A stretch of 44,208 nt of DNA from Polyangiaceae bacterium (GTDB taxonomy: Bacteria > Myxococcota_A > Polyangia > Polyangiales > Polyangiaceae): contig JAPSGB010000038.1 in the NCBI GenBank assembly GCA_035063585.1, positions 1 to 44,208 of the forward strand. The letters are read 5' to 3'. This document shows, one piece after another, positions 1 through 8,567 of this stretch (positions are counted from its first letter, which is position 1; the number at the start of each line of letters is the position of its first letter). A program made the position numbers and the translations under genes. Under the pieces are notes generated by a model. It was not told the origin of the DNA and ran no database searches. It saw only the letters and a list, made by a program, of their open reading frames with translations.

Positions 1-96
1 CCGAGCGACGCCCCCGCCGACGCGCCGAGCGACGCCCCCGCCGACGCGCCGAGCGACGCCCCCGCCGACGCGCCGAGCGACGCCCCCGCCGACGCG
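1..96. repeat. 24-bp tandem repeat x4 (ccgagcgacgcccccgccgacgcg), coding
   Basis: Four exact adjacent copies with no spacers; the unit length is a multiple of 3. Confidence 0.95.
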
Positions 97-108
97 CCGC
101 CGGGTTGA
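1..108 (+). CDS. 3' end of a protein with a (PSDAPADA)4 low-complexity tail (partial, runs off the window)
   Basis: Frame 1 reads PSDAPADA x4, then PPG and TGA at 106-108, with G/C-ending codons. It converges on the L,D-transpeptidase gene. Confidence 0.6.
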   Translation, partial: PSDAPADAPSDAPADAPSDAPADAPSDAPADAPPG

Positions 109-134
109 GCCTCGCCCGGCGGAGCCTCCGAGCC

Positions 135-159
135 TGCCGGTCCGGCGCGGCCGGCGGCG
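135..159 (+). repeat. REP-like dispersed motif tgccggtccggcgcggccggcggcg (identical to 30904-30928)
   Basis: Exact 25-nt match to 30904-30928. Intergenic and can fold (gccgg...ccggc). Confidence 0.7.
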
Positions 160-172
160 GGCGCCCCGCGCC

Positions 173-1807
173 TCACGGATGCACGAACATCACCGTGCCC
201 TTGAGCGGCAGGAGCACGCCGTGCCAGCCGGTCGGGAGGCTCGGTTCGGTCCAGAAGAACACGCGCCGCGCATCCTCTGGGGCGAGGTTGATGCAGCCGT
301 GGCTCTTCGGCACTCCGAAGCGGTCATGCCAATACGCGCCGTGGAGCGCATAGCCCTCTTGATCGAAGTACTGCACGTACGGCACGTCGCGGAGCTCGAA
401 CTCCTCCCCCGTCTCGTTCGAGCTCATGGTCGTCGCCAGGTGCTTGGTGTGGATCCGGAAGATCCCGCGCTTGGTGGCGGTCGAGCGCTTCGGATCGTCG
501 AGCCCGGCCTCGCCGGTCGAGACGAGGGTCGCGTACACCGCCCGCTCGCCCTCGTAGAGCACCAACGTCTGCTTGGTGATGTTGATGTCCATCCACTTCT
601 CGCCGTTCTTGCCCCAGGCCGGCATTCGCCGAGGCGGATCGAGCCGCGAGGCGTCGCGATCGCTCAGCCACTTCCCTTCCACGGTCTCGTAGTGGAGCAC
701 GCTCCGGAAGAACTTCTGCTTGCCGGTCAGCTTGAACGCCGCGCGATACGGGGCGGTGCCCGCGTCGATGAGCCGGTTCTTGGCGGCGTCGTAGAGCCAG
801 GCGTGCGCGCCGTCGCGCCGCACGATCACGAACGGAAAGTCGATTTCCTCAGGGATCTGCCAGCCGTGGAACTCCGAGCCCTGGATCGGTCGCAGCCGAT
901 CGGTGGGTAGGAGCCTGAGATCGGTGCTGAGCCCATATCGCCGCCCTTGCCAGAGGAAGGTCTCGAGGAACGAATAGCCGACCTTGGCGCGCATCTCGTC
1001 GATGACGAGCCCCTCCGGGCGCGCCTTCCGGTAGAGGTTCGGGGTGCTCCCACCGTTCTCGAGAAACCAGGGCAGCGGATCGCTCCGCTCCGTCTTCCAC
1101 GCCTCGGCCGGATCGGGCGGCGCCCCGCGCCCGCCGAGCCACACGTCCTGCGCGTAGCTCGCCCCCACCTCGCCCTCGGCTCCGAGCCACTGCTGCATCC
1201 GCTCGTCGATCCCGGGCTCGACGCGTTCGAGCTCGGCGCGGCTCGGGAGCTTCGCGTAGGTGGGCCCCGGACGACGCACGGTCCCGTAGATGTAAGGGAG
1301 CTTGCGGAGCGGGTCCGGCTGAAGCTCCCGCGTCGCGCGCACCACGGGATCCTCGAGATCGAGCGTGGCCCGAGCCCCGGCGCAGACGTACCCTCGGGGC
1401 TCGACCGGATACCAACCTCCCTTGCAGCCGTCGAAGCCCGCGGGCTCCGCGCTGGTCGGCGAGGAGGCGCCGGCGCGGAGATAGCCGAGCTTCGGCGCGC
1501 CGAGGCTCGGTCGCTCGTGGACCCAGGTGCGGAGCGCGCGGCTCGCGATGCGCGGCCTCCCCGGGTCGACCACGGCGAGCGACAGCGGGTGGGAGCGCCC
1601 CGCGAGATCCACGAGCGGCGGGGTCTTCGACCGCTCCGCCTCCGGCGCCGCCGCGGGCTGGGCGCCCGCTGCTTGCGCCGATGAGGCCGTCTCGCGCTCG
1701 CCCGGCGCCGCGGAAGGCTTGCTCGCCGAGGGCGTGTCCTGCTTCGAACAGCCGAGCCCGAGCCAGAGCGCGAGCAGGGTTGAAGCTGCGTAGAGCCGAG
1801 ACGCCAT
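173..1807 (-). CDS. L,D-transpeptidase (YkuD family) lipoprotein
   Basis: C-terminal HGAYWHDRFGVPKSHGCINL fits the YkuD His...SHGC catalytic motif. WMDINITKQTLVLYEG and LVSTG are also typical. Lipobox LGLGC. Confidence 0.92.
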   Translation of the reverse strand: MASRLYAASTLLALWLGLGCSKQDTPSASKPSAAPGERETASSAQAAGAQPAAAPEAERSKTPPLVDLAGRSHPLSLAVVDPGRPRIASRALRTWVHERPSLGAPKLGYLRAGASSPTSAEPAGFDGCKGGWYPVEPRGYVCAGARATLDLEDPVVRATRELQPDPLRKLPYIYGTVRRPGPTYAKLPSRAELERVEPGIDERMQQWLGAEGEVGASYAQDVWLGGRGAPPDPAEAWKTERSDPLPWFLENGGSTPNLYRKARPEGLVIDEMRAKVGYSFLETFLWQGRRYGLSTDLRLLPTDRLRPIQGSEFHGWQIPEEIDFPFVIVRRDGAHAWLYDAAKNRLIDAGTAPYRAAFKLTGKQKFFRSVLHYETVEGKWLSDRDASRLDPPRRMPAWGKNGEKWMDINITKQTLVLYEGERAVYATLVSTGEAGLDDPKRSTATKRGIFRIHTKHLATTMSSNETGEEFELRDVPYVQYFDQEGYALHGAYWHDRFGVPKSHGCINLAPEDARRVFFWTEPSLPTGWHGVLLPLKGTVMFVHP

Positions 1808-1871
1808 CGCCGTCCCTGGCTATTGGCACGACCCGGCAAGGACCTGCCAGAAAGCCGCACCCCCGCGCCGA

Positions 1872-1924
1872 CAAAAAAGGCAACGGCCCGAGGCGGAGGG
1901 GGGGAGAACGCCACGGGCCGTTGC
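1872..1924 (-). terminator. Intrinsic (Rho-independent) terminator
   Basis: Perfect 11-bp inverted repeat 1880-1890 / 1914-1924, followed on the minus strand by T6 (A6 at 1873-1878). Confidence 0.8.
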
Positions 1925-1930
1925 GGCTGT
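1872..1930 (-). ncRNA. Candidate sigma54-dependent small RNA: single hairpin with C-rich loop and U-tail
   Basis: Minus strand reads acagcc GCAACGGCCCG u GGCG uucucccccccuc CGCC u CGGGCCGUUGC cuuuuuu, starting about 12 nt below a correctly spaced -24/-12 promoter. Confidence 0.55.
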
Positions 1931-1940
1931 CAGATGCTTT

Positions 1941-1957
1941 TGCATCATGTATGCCAA
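1941..1957 (-). promoter_or_regulatory. sigma54 (RpoN) -24/-12 promoter
   Basis: Minus strand TTGGCATACATGATGCA has GG-N10-GC spacing and matches TGGCA...TGCA, in an AT-richer intergenic patch. Confidence 0.65.
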
Positions 1958-2006
1958 CCATGCGACCACCATCGCTCGCGCGTTACGAGCGACCAAGGCT
2001 GCGCGT

Positions 2007-2034
2007 GATTTCAAATCTGCAATCCAGGATTGCA
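2007..2034. promoter_or_regulatory. Adjacent palindromes GATTT-C-AAATC and TGCAATCC-A-GGATTGCA (candidate activator binding sites)
   Basis: Two odd-length perfect palindromes (2007-2017 and 2018-2034), about 80-105 bp upstream of the predicted sigma54 start site. Confidence 0.45.
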
Positions 2035-2112
2035 CGAGCGAAATGGCCCTGCCTGCTCCGGCCCGCGCGCGAGGATCTCCGGCGGGTGTGATAGGGTCCG
2101 CTCCCCCCGAGT

Positions 2113-3072
2113 ATGGTCCTCGACCGCGCGACCCCAGACTTCCTGGACTTCCGACGCAGAGTGCCGACGGGCGCGCCGGTGCTGGTCGGAGTCGCGTTCG
2201 TCGCCTTCGCGGTCGTCCCGCTCGCCGCCCCCGGCGCGCTCTCGTGGTCGCGCGCGCTCGGAGCGCTCACGCTCGCGAGCGCGGGGCTCACGCTCCTCCG
2301 CGCGACCCGCCCACGCGTCGAACGCTACCGCCTCGAGCTCGCGCGGCGCACGCTCCACGGGCCAGAGGGTGACCGCTCGCTCGAGAGCGCGAGCGCGATC
2401 CTGCTCACCGGCGGCGGGCTCGAGCAGCGCGCCGCGCGCGTGCGCTACCGCGCGGAGCTGCGCCTCGCGCGGGGCGAGCGCGCCCTGCTGCTCGAGAACG
2501 ACGATCCGGCGGCGCTCCTCCGCGACTTGTCCCGCGTGCTCGAGCGCCTGCCGCTGCCCGTCGAGCCCGGCTGGGGTCTACCCGCCGAGGCGACCCCGTG
2601 GGCGGGTGGTCGGCCCGGCGCGGCCGGCGGCGCGACCCGGCGCTTCGCGCTGCGAGCGCGCTCGGCGGCGTCGCAGCGCATCGCCGGCGCGACCACGCTC
2701 GGCGGCGGCCTGTTCACCGCGGTCGCGATGGGGTTCATGATGGGCGCGCGTCTCGAGCGGGGTGAGAGCATCGGCGCGCTCAGCTGGGCGCTCACCCTCA
2801 CCACGGTGGGGCTCGTGCTCTCGATCGCGGTGTGCCTGCTCACCGACCGCCTCGAGCTCTCCGCCAGCGGTGTGCTGCGCGCGGAGCGCTTCGTGCTCGG
2901 GCGCCGCGTGTCGCGCCTCGAGCTCCCGCTCGAGCGCGTCTGCGCCGCTTGGGCGGTGAGCCCTGACGGCGCGAGCCCCCGCCACCTGCTGCTCGAGCTC
3001 GACGACGGACCGGTCGCGTTCCCGTGCGCGGGCGATCCGGCCGCGACGGCCGCGAAGCTCCTCCGCGGGTGA
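2113..3072 (+). CDS. Hypothetical membrane protein (two TM-hairpin plus soluble modules)
   Basis: 319 aa with host-like codon usage and two pairs of hydrophobic segments; family not recognised. Confidence 0.75.
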   Translation: MVLDRATPDFLDFRRRVPTGAPVLVGVAFVAFAVVPLAAPGALSWSRALGALTLASAGLTLLRATRPRVERYRLELARRTLHGPEGDRSLESASAILLTGGGLEQRAARVRYRAELRLARGERALLLENDDPAALLRDLSRVLERLPLPVEPGWGLPAEATPWAGGRPGAAGGATRRFALRARSAASQRIAGATTLGGGLFTAVAMGFMMGARLERGESIGALSWALTLTTVGLVLSIAVCLLTDRLELSASGVLRAERFVLGRRVSRLELPLERVCAAWAVSPDGASPRHLLLELDDGPVAFPCAGDPAATAAKLLRG

Positions 3073-3136
3073 GCGCGACGCGCGCAGGCGCGCGCCGCGC
3101 TCCTCGGAGCCAAGCTCGCCACGGGCGCGGCGGCGC

Positions 3137-3796
3137 TCAGGGAGGCCCGCCGGCGCTGCCGGCCGCGCCCGCGCTGCCCGCCGTGCCCGCGCTGCCCGCC
3201 GTGCCCGCGCCTCCCGCCGTGCCCGCGCTGCCGGACGACCCGCCCGCGCCACCCGAGCCGCCGCCGCAGATCTGCGCGACCGCATCGCCGCCCGCGCACG
3301 CGTCATACACGGCGTAGCAGTTGATCGACTTCTGATTGTCTCCGCACATGCACTTGTTGCACTTCGCGGCATCCCCCATGCACGGGACGAGGCAGTTGTC
3401 CTTGCCGCACGACACCGAGCCGACCACGCACCCGCTGCACGCGGTGCTGAGCGCTTCCTTCGTGTCGAGCTGCAGGCACTCGAGCGTGCAGGCCTCGAAG
3501 TCCGCGGCGGCGATGCAGTCGACACCGCAGCTCTTCGCGACCTCCGAGATGAGCTTGTCGCCGGTCTCGCCGTAGGCGGGGTCGGTGAGCTTCTGCAGCT
3601 CTGCCGCGGAGCAGTTCGCGCCGGTCGAGCCGCTCGTGCCCGCCGAGCCGCCGCCCGTGCCCGCCGAGCCGCCGCCCGTGCCCGCCGAGCCGCCGCTCGA
3701 CCCCTTGGGACCGTCGTCGTCACTCGAGCACGCGGTCAACGAGAATGCGGCGAGCGCCGCGATCGAGCCGCACACCAGCAGAAGGCGATTTCGCAT
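3137..3796 (-). CDS. Cys-rich lipoprotein with GGSAGT/AGTAGS linkers
   Basis: Lipobox LTAC, a central Cys-rich domain, and 21-bp and 18-bp in-frame tandem repeats encoding Gly/Ser/Ala linkers. Confidence 0.85.
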   Translation of the reverse strand: MRNRLLLVCGSIAALAAFSLTACSSDDDGPKGSSGGSAGTGGGSAGTGGGSAGTSGSTGANCSAAELQKLTDPAYGETGDKLISEVAKSCGVDCIAAADFEACTLECLQLDTKEALSTACSGCVVGSVSCGKDNCLVPCMGDAAKCNKCMCGDNQKSINCYAVYDACAGGDAVAQICGGGSGGAGGSSGSAGTAGGAGTAGSAGTAGSAGAAGSAGGPP

Positions 3797-3873
3797 GCCC
3801 CGGAGTATCGCACCGCCCCGCCCCGCTTGCCAATTCGAGCCGCGGCTTGGCCCGCGTCGCGGTTTTGCGATAG

Positions 3874-5277
3874 GTGCGCGAGGTGCAGACTTCCGTCCCC
3901 GCCCTCGTCACCCTCGGCCTCCTCGCGCTCGCGGCGTGCGGCCGGGCCGAGCCTCCCGCCGGCCGCGCCGAACCGGCCTCTCCCGCCCCCGCCTCCTCCG
4001 CCGGCACGAGCGCGGCGGTCGCGGCCTCGGCGGCGCCCCCGGCGCCCGCCGCCCCGGCGCGGCCGAAGAACGTCATCCTGCTCAGCGTCGACAGCATGCG
4101 TCACGACATGCCGTGGGCGGGCTACGAGCGGCCCATCGCGCCGAACCTCACCCGGCTCGTCGAGCGGGCCGTCTACTACGACAACGCCTACTCGCTCTCG
4201 AGCTACACCGCGAAGAGCCTGCCGGGGCTCCTCGCCGGGCGCTATCCGTCATCCCTCTACCGCTCCGGGTATTTCTTCACGAACTACCCGCAGTCGAACC
4301 TCTTCTTCACCGAGCTCCTGCAAGAGCACGGCGTCCGCACCATCGGCATGCACGCGCACCTCTACTTCGGGCGTGGCAAGGGGGTCGACCAGGGCTTCGA
4401 CGTCTGGGAGCTGGTCCCCGGGATCCGGTTCGACGCCCAGAAGGACAACGACATCACGAGCGAGAAGATGACCCGGCTCGCGATGGAGCTGCTCGGCAAG
4501 CCCGAGAACACCGGCAAGCCCTTCTTCGCGTGGATGCACTACATGGATCCGCACGACGTCTATCTGCCCCACGACGAGTGTCCGAAGGAGTGGGCCGGGG
4601 GCAAGACCCGCGACAAGTACGACTGCGAGGTGTTCTACACCGATCTCTGGATTGGGAAATTGCTCGACTGGGCGAAGACGCAGCCGTGGTGGAAGGAGAC
4701 CGCGCTCATCGTCACCGCCGATCACGGCGAGGCGTTCGGAGAGCACGGGATGTACCGCCACGCGTTCGAGCTGTGGCAGGAGCTCGTGCACGTGCCGCTC
4801 TTCTTCGTGCTGCCCGGGGTCGAGCCGCGCAAAATCGAGGCGGCGCGCTCCGACATCGACCTCGCGCCCACCATCTGCGAGCTCCTCGGGGTCGCGCCCG
4901 ACGCCCGCTTCGTCGGGAAATCCCTGATGCCCGAGCTCTACGGGAAGGAGCCGCCCGGACCGGACGAGACCGTCGTGCTCGATCTGCCCGCCGACAGCAA
5001 CAACGAGCAGCGGCGCGGGATCATCGAGCAGGGCTTCAAGCTCATCGTGTACGGCAACGGCTGGAAGTACCTGCTCTTCGATCTCAAGGCCGACCCCGGC
5101 GAGAAGAACGATCTCTCGAAGCAGCAGCCCGAGAAGCTCGCGGCGATGAAGCAGCGCTTCGGCGAGCTCTGGGGCAAGATCCCCCAGGTCGACCCCTACG
5201 GCGGGATGAAGCTCACCTCCGGCAAGGAGGCCAACGGACCCATGGGGCCGCCGAAGGGCGAAGGAGCGAAGCCGTGA
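3874..5277 (+). CDS. Sulfatase-like / alkaline-phosphatase-superfamily lipoprotein (paralog 1)
   Basis: NVILLSVDSMRHD, SSYTAKS, HYMDPHDVY, TADHGEAFGEHG, VHVPL, DLAPT, LFDLKADPGE; lipobox LAAC. Confidence 0.9.
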   Translation: MREVQTSVPALVTLGLLALAACGRAEPPAGRAEPASPAPASSAGTSAAVAASAAPPAPAAPARPKNVILLSVDSMRHDMPWAGYERPIAPNLTRLVERAVYYDNAYSLSSYTAKSLPGLLAGRYPSSLYRSGYFFTNYPQSNLFFTELLQEHGVRTIGMHAHLYFGRGKGVDQGFDVWELVPGIRFDAQKDNDITSEKMTRLAMELLGKPENTGKPFFAWMHYMDPHDVYLPHDECPKEWAGGKTRDKYDCEVFYTDLWIGKLLDWAKTQPWWKETALIVTADHGEAFGEHGMYRHAFELWQELVHVPLFFVLPGVEPRKIEAARSDIDLAPTICELLGVAPDARFVGKSLMPELYGKEPPGPDETVVLDLPADSNNEQRRGIIEQGFKLIVYGNGWKYLLFDLKADPGEKNDLSKQQPEKLAAMKQRFGELWGKIPQVDPYGGMKLTSGKEANGPMGPPKGEGAKP

Positions 5278-6665
5278 GCGCGGCAGTCCGCGCGGCGCTC
5301 ACCGCCGCGCTCCTGCTCGGGGCGGCGGCCTGCGCGGAGCCCGCGCCGCCCTCCCCTTCTCCGCCGGCGAGCACGACCAGCCGCGCGTCGCGCCCCGCCG
5401 CGACGCCCGCGCCGCCCGCCACGCCGCCATCCGCCGCGGCGTCCGCGGCGCCGGCCGCGACGCCCGAGCCTCAGGGCCCCGATCGCCCGCTCAACGTGCT
5501 GCTCATCCTGGTCGACAGCATGCGCGCAGACATGCCGTGGGCCGGCTACCCGCGCGACATCGCGCCAAACCTCACCCAGCTCGAGCGGGAGAGCGTGAGC
5601 TACTCGCGCGCGTATTCGGTCTCGAGCTACACCGCCAAGAGCGTCGCGGCGCTCCTCTCCGGGCAGTATCCGTCATCGCTCAAGCGGAGCGGCTTCTTCT
5701 TCACGCACTATCCGGACTCGAACCTCTTCTTCCCCGAGCTGCTCGCCCAGGCGGGCGTCCACACGATCGCGACGCACGGGCACATGTACATGGCGCCCGG
5801 CAAGAACGGTATGGACCAGGGGTTCGCCGACTGGCAGGTGGTCGGCGGCATCAAGTTCGACAACACCAAGGACGACTTTGTCACCAGCGACAAGATGACC
5901 GCCCTCGGCATCAGCCAACTCGAGGCCGCGCCGAAGGGCAAGCCGTTCTTCATGTACATGCACTACATGGATCCGCACGACGTCTACGTCCGGCACCCCG
6001 AGTCGCCTGACTTCGGGAAAAGTAGCCGGGATCGCTACGACGGCGAGATCTTCTACACCGATCTCTGGATCGGAAAGCTGCTCGACTACTGCCGGCAGCA
6101 GCCCTGGTGGAACAAGACGGCGGTCATCGTGAGCGCCGATCACGGCGAGGCCTTCGGCGAGCACAAGATGTACCGCCATGCGTTCGCGCTATGGAACGCG
6201 CTGACCCACGTCCCGCTCTTCGTGCATCTGCCCGGCGGCGTCGCTCCGCGTCGCATCGACACGCCACGAAGCGACATCGATCTCGCGCCGACCATCCTCG
6301 ATCTCATGGGCGTCGAGGGCGACCCGGTGTTCGCCGGAAAGACGCTGGTGCCCGAGCTCTACGGCGCGGACGCCCCGGCGCGCCCGGTGCTCCTCGATCT
6401 CCCGGTCGATAGCAACAACCCGGAGGTGCGAGCGATGATCGACGGGACCATGAAGCTCATCGTCTACGGCCGCGACTACCGCTTCGAGCTCTATGATCTT
6501 GCGGCGGACCCCGGCGAGACCACCGATCTCTCGAAGCGGCAGCCCGAGCGGCTCGAGGCCATGAAGCAGCTCTACCGAGAGCTCTGGTCGAAGGTCCCGG
6601 CCATCCGCCCCTACGGCGGCAACCGGCTCATCGACGGCAGCCCCGCCAACGGGCCGTCGAAGTAG
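5274..6665 (+). CDS. Sulfatase-like / alkaline-phosphatase-superfamily lipoprotein (paralog 2)
   Basis: GTG start overlaps the previous stop (GTGA). Lipobox AAAC; NVLLILVDSMRAD, SSYTAKS, HYMDPHD, SADHGEAFGEH. This is the real part of the 3585..6665 ORF. Confidence 0.88.
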   Translation: MSAAVRAALTAALLLGAAACAEPAPPSPSPPASTTSRASRPAATPAPPATPPSAAASAAPAATPEPQGPDRPLNVLLILVDSMRADMPWAGYPRDIAPNLTQLERESVSYSRAYSVSSYTAKSVAALLSGQYPSSLKRSGFFFTHYPDSNLFFPELLAQAGVHTIATHGHMYMAPGKNGMDQGFADWQVVGGIKFDNTKDDFVTSDKMTALGISQLEAAPKGKPFFMYMHYMDPHDVYVRHPESPDFGKSSRDRYDGEIFYTDLWIGKLLDYCRQQPWWNKTAVIVSADHGEAFGEHKMYRHAFALWNALTHVPLFVHLPGGVAPRRIDTPRSDIDLAPTILDLMGVEGDPVFAGKTLVPELYGADAPARPVLLDLPVDSNNPEVRAMIDGTMKLIVYGRDYRFELYDLAADPGETTDLSKRQPERLEAMKQLYRELWSKVPAIRPYGGNRLIDGSPANGPSK

Positions 6666-6667
6666 AC

Positions 6668-8071
6668 ATGGAGATCCAGTTCCTCGGTGCAGCGGAGAGC
6701 GTCACCGGTTCGATGCACCTGGTGCGGACCCGCCGCGCGACGATCCTGCTCGAGTGCGGGCTCTTCCAGGGACGCCGCCAGGAGTCGTTCGAGCGCAACC
6801 GGAACCTCCCGCTCGAGCCGAGCGCGATCGACGCCGTGGTGCTCTCGCACGCGCACATCGATCACTCGGGCGCGCTCCCGGTGCTCTGTAAGAGCGGGTA
6901 CCAGGGGCCCATCTACGCGACCCCCGCCACCCACGATCTCTGCGCGGTGATGCTGGAGGACTCGGCCATGATCCAGGAGGCCGACGCCCGCTACATCAAC
7001 CGCGCGATCCGGCGCGAGCAGGCCGCCATGGAGCCGGTCGAGGCGCTCTACGAGTTCGACGACGTGGTCGCCACGCTCGGCCAGATGCTCGCGCTCCCCT
7101 ACCACAGGCGCGAGCGCATCGCGCCCGGCGTGGAGCTCACCTTCCTCGACGCCGGGCACGTGCTCGGCAGCGCGATCGTGGTGCTCGACCTCACCGACGA
7201 CGACGACCAGAAGCGCCTGGTGTTCTCGGGAGATCTCGGCCGCCGGGGGATGCCCATCCTGCGCGATCCCGAGGTCCCGACCGGCGCGCACCTGCTGGTC
7301 CTCGAGAGCACCTACGGCAATCGGCTTCACGAGCCCTTCGAGCAGATGGGAGAGCGCCTGCTCGAGGTCATCGTGCGCACCGCCGCGCGCGGCGGGAAAA
7401 TCGTGATCCCGTCGTTCGCCCTCGAGCGGGCGCAGGAGCTCGTCTACGCTCTCAAGCAGCTCCGCGACGCGGGCCGGCTGCCGCCACTCCCGGTGTATGT
7501 CGACTCGCCGCTCACGGTGAAGGTCACCGACGTGTTTCGGATGCACCCCGAGTGCTACGATCAGGAGCTACGGCGCAGGCTTCGCTCGGGCGAGAGCCCG
7601 TTCGAGTTCCCCGAGCTCCACTACGTGATGGACAAGGAGGAGTCGAAGGCCATCGACGCCGCGCCGGGCCCGAGCATCGTCATCTCGGCGAGCGGCATGT
7701 GCGAGGCCGGGCGCGTGCTCCACCACCTGAAGGCGACCCTCGAGGGCCCCGAGAACACCGTGATCATCGTCGGGTTCCAGGCCGAGCACACCCTCGGTCG
7801 CCGCCTGGTCGAGCACCGCAAGCGCGTGCGCGTGTTCGGGGTCGAGCGCGACGTGCATGCCGAGGTGGTGGTGCTGAACGGCTTCTCGGCCCACGCCGAT
7901 CAGCGGGAGCTCGTCGACTTCGCCCGGGCCGCGCGCGAGAAGGGCCCGCTCCGCCAGGTCGCGCTGGTGCACGGTGAGCCGGTCGCGCAGGCGGCGCTCC
8001 GAGAGCTGCTCGCGGCCGAGGGCTTCCCGAGCGTGAGCGTCCCGCGTCGCGGAGAGAGCCTCCGCTTCTGA
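6668..8071 (+). CDS. MBL-fold metallo-hydrolase, beta-CASP ribonuclease family
   Basis: FLGAAESVTGS, SHAHIDHSG (HxHxDH), AGHVLGS, FSGDLG, ESTYG, GMCEAGRVLHH, FSAHAD, VHGE. Confidence 0.93.
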   Translation: MEIQFLGAAESVTGSMHLVRTRRATILLECGLFQGRRQESFERNRNLPLEPSAIDAVVLSHAHIDHSGALPVLCKSGYQGPIYATPATHDLCAVMLEDSAMIQEADARYINRAIRREQAAMEPVEALYEFDDVVATLGQMLALPYHRRERIAPGVELTFLDAGHVLGSAIVVLDLTDDDDQKRLVFSGDLGRRGMPILRDPEVPTGAHLLVLESTYGNRLHEPFEQMGERLLEVIVRTAARGGKIVIPSFALERAQELVYALKQLRDAGRLPPLPVYVDSPLTVKVTDVFRMHPECYDQELRRRLRSGESPFEFPELHYVMDKEESKAIDAAPGPSIVISASGMCEAGRVLHHLKATLEGPENTVIIVGFQAEHTLGRRLVEHRKRVRVFGVERDVHAEVVVLNGFSAHADQRELVDFARAAREKGPLRQVALVHGEPVAQAALRELLAAEGFPSVSVPRRGESLRF

Positions 8072-8093
8072 GCCTGCTATGCTCCCGCCCGCC

Positions 8094-8555
8094 ATGACGG
8101 AGAGCCTCCAGGACCGCTACGCCCCGACCAACCGCTGCTTCGGCTGCGGCCCCGCCAACGAGAAGGGCCTGCGGATCAAGAGCCGCGTGGAGGGTGACGA
8201 GGTCGTGTGCGACTGGACCCCCGAGGAGCATCACCAAGCCTTCGCCGGCGTCCTGAACGGCGGGATCTGCGGGGCCCTCCTCGACTGTCACAGCAATTGG
8301 ACGGCCATCTGGGCGCTCATGCAGGCGCGCGGGCTCGCTCACGCGCCGAGCACCGTGACCGCCGAGTTCGACGTCAAGCTCCGCGCGCCGACGCCGCTCG
8401 ACCGCCCGCTCCGCCTCGTCGCCAAGCCGCTCAGCGTCGAGGGAGACAAGGTCGTGGTCGACGCCCGCATCGAGTCGGGCGGAAAGATCACCGCCACCTG
8501 CCGCGGCACCTTCGTCGCCGTGAAGGAAGGGCACCCCGCGTATAACCGCTGGTAG
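8094..8555 (+). CDS. PaaI-family (hotdog-fold) thioesterase
   Basis: CFGCGPANEKGL and HQAFAGVLNGGICGALLDCH. Start placed at ATG 8094 (8079 is an alternative). Confidence 0.88.
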   Translation: MTESLQDRYAPTNRCFGCGPANEKGLRIKSRVEGDEVVCDWTPEEHHQAFAGVLNGGICGALLDCHSNWTAIWALMQARGLAHAPSTVTAEFDVKLRAPTPLDRPLRLVAKPLSVEGDKVVVDARIESGGKITATCRGTFVAVKEGHPAYNRW

Positions 8556-8567
8556 CGCCCGCGCCAG

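Noticed and set aside
1..96. 24-bp repeat as a CRISPR array or iteron
   Set aside because: The copies are contiguous with no spacers, in frame, and followed by a stop; this is a coding low-complexity tail.
1822..1840. TTGGCACGACCCGGCA as a second sigma54 promoter
   Set aside because: GG-to-GC spacing is 9 nt instead of the required 10.
3160..3700. 18-bp and 21-bp tandem repeats (also the GGAAGADASA duplication near 31895-31990)
   Set aside because: These are ordinary in-frame Gly/Ala/Ser linkers of myxobacterial lipoproteins.
3585..6665. 1026-aa ORF as a single large protein
   Set aside because: Its first ~560 codons are an off-frame shadow of the 3874..5277 sulfatase and of the opposite-strand lipoprotein. 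The real gene starts at GTG 5274.
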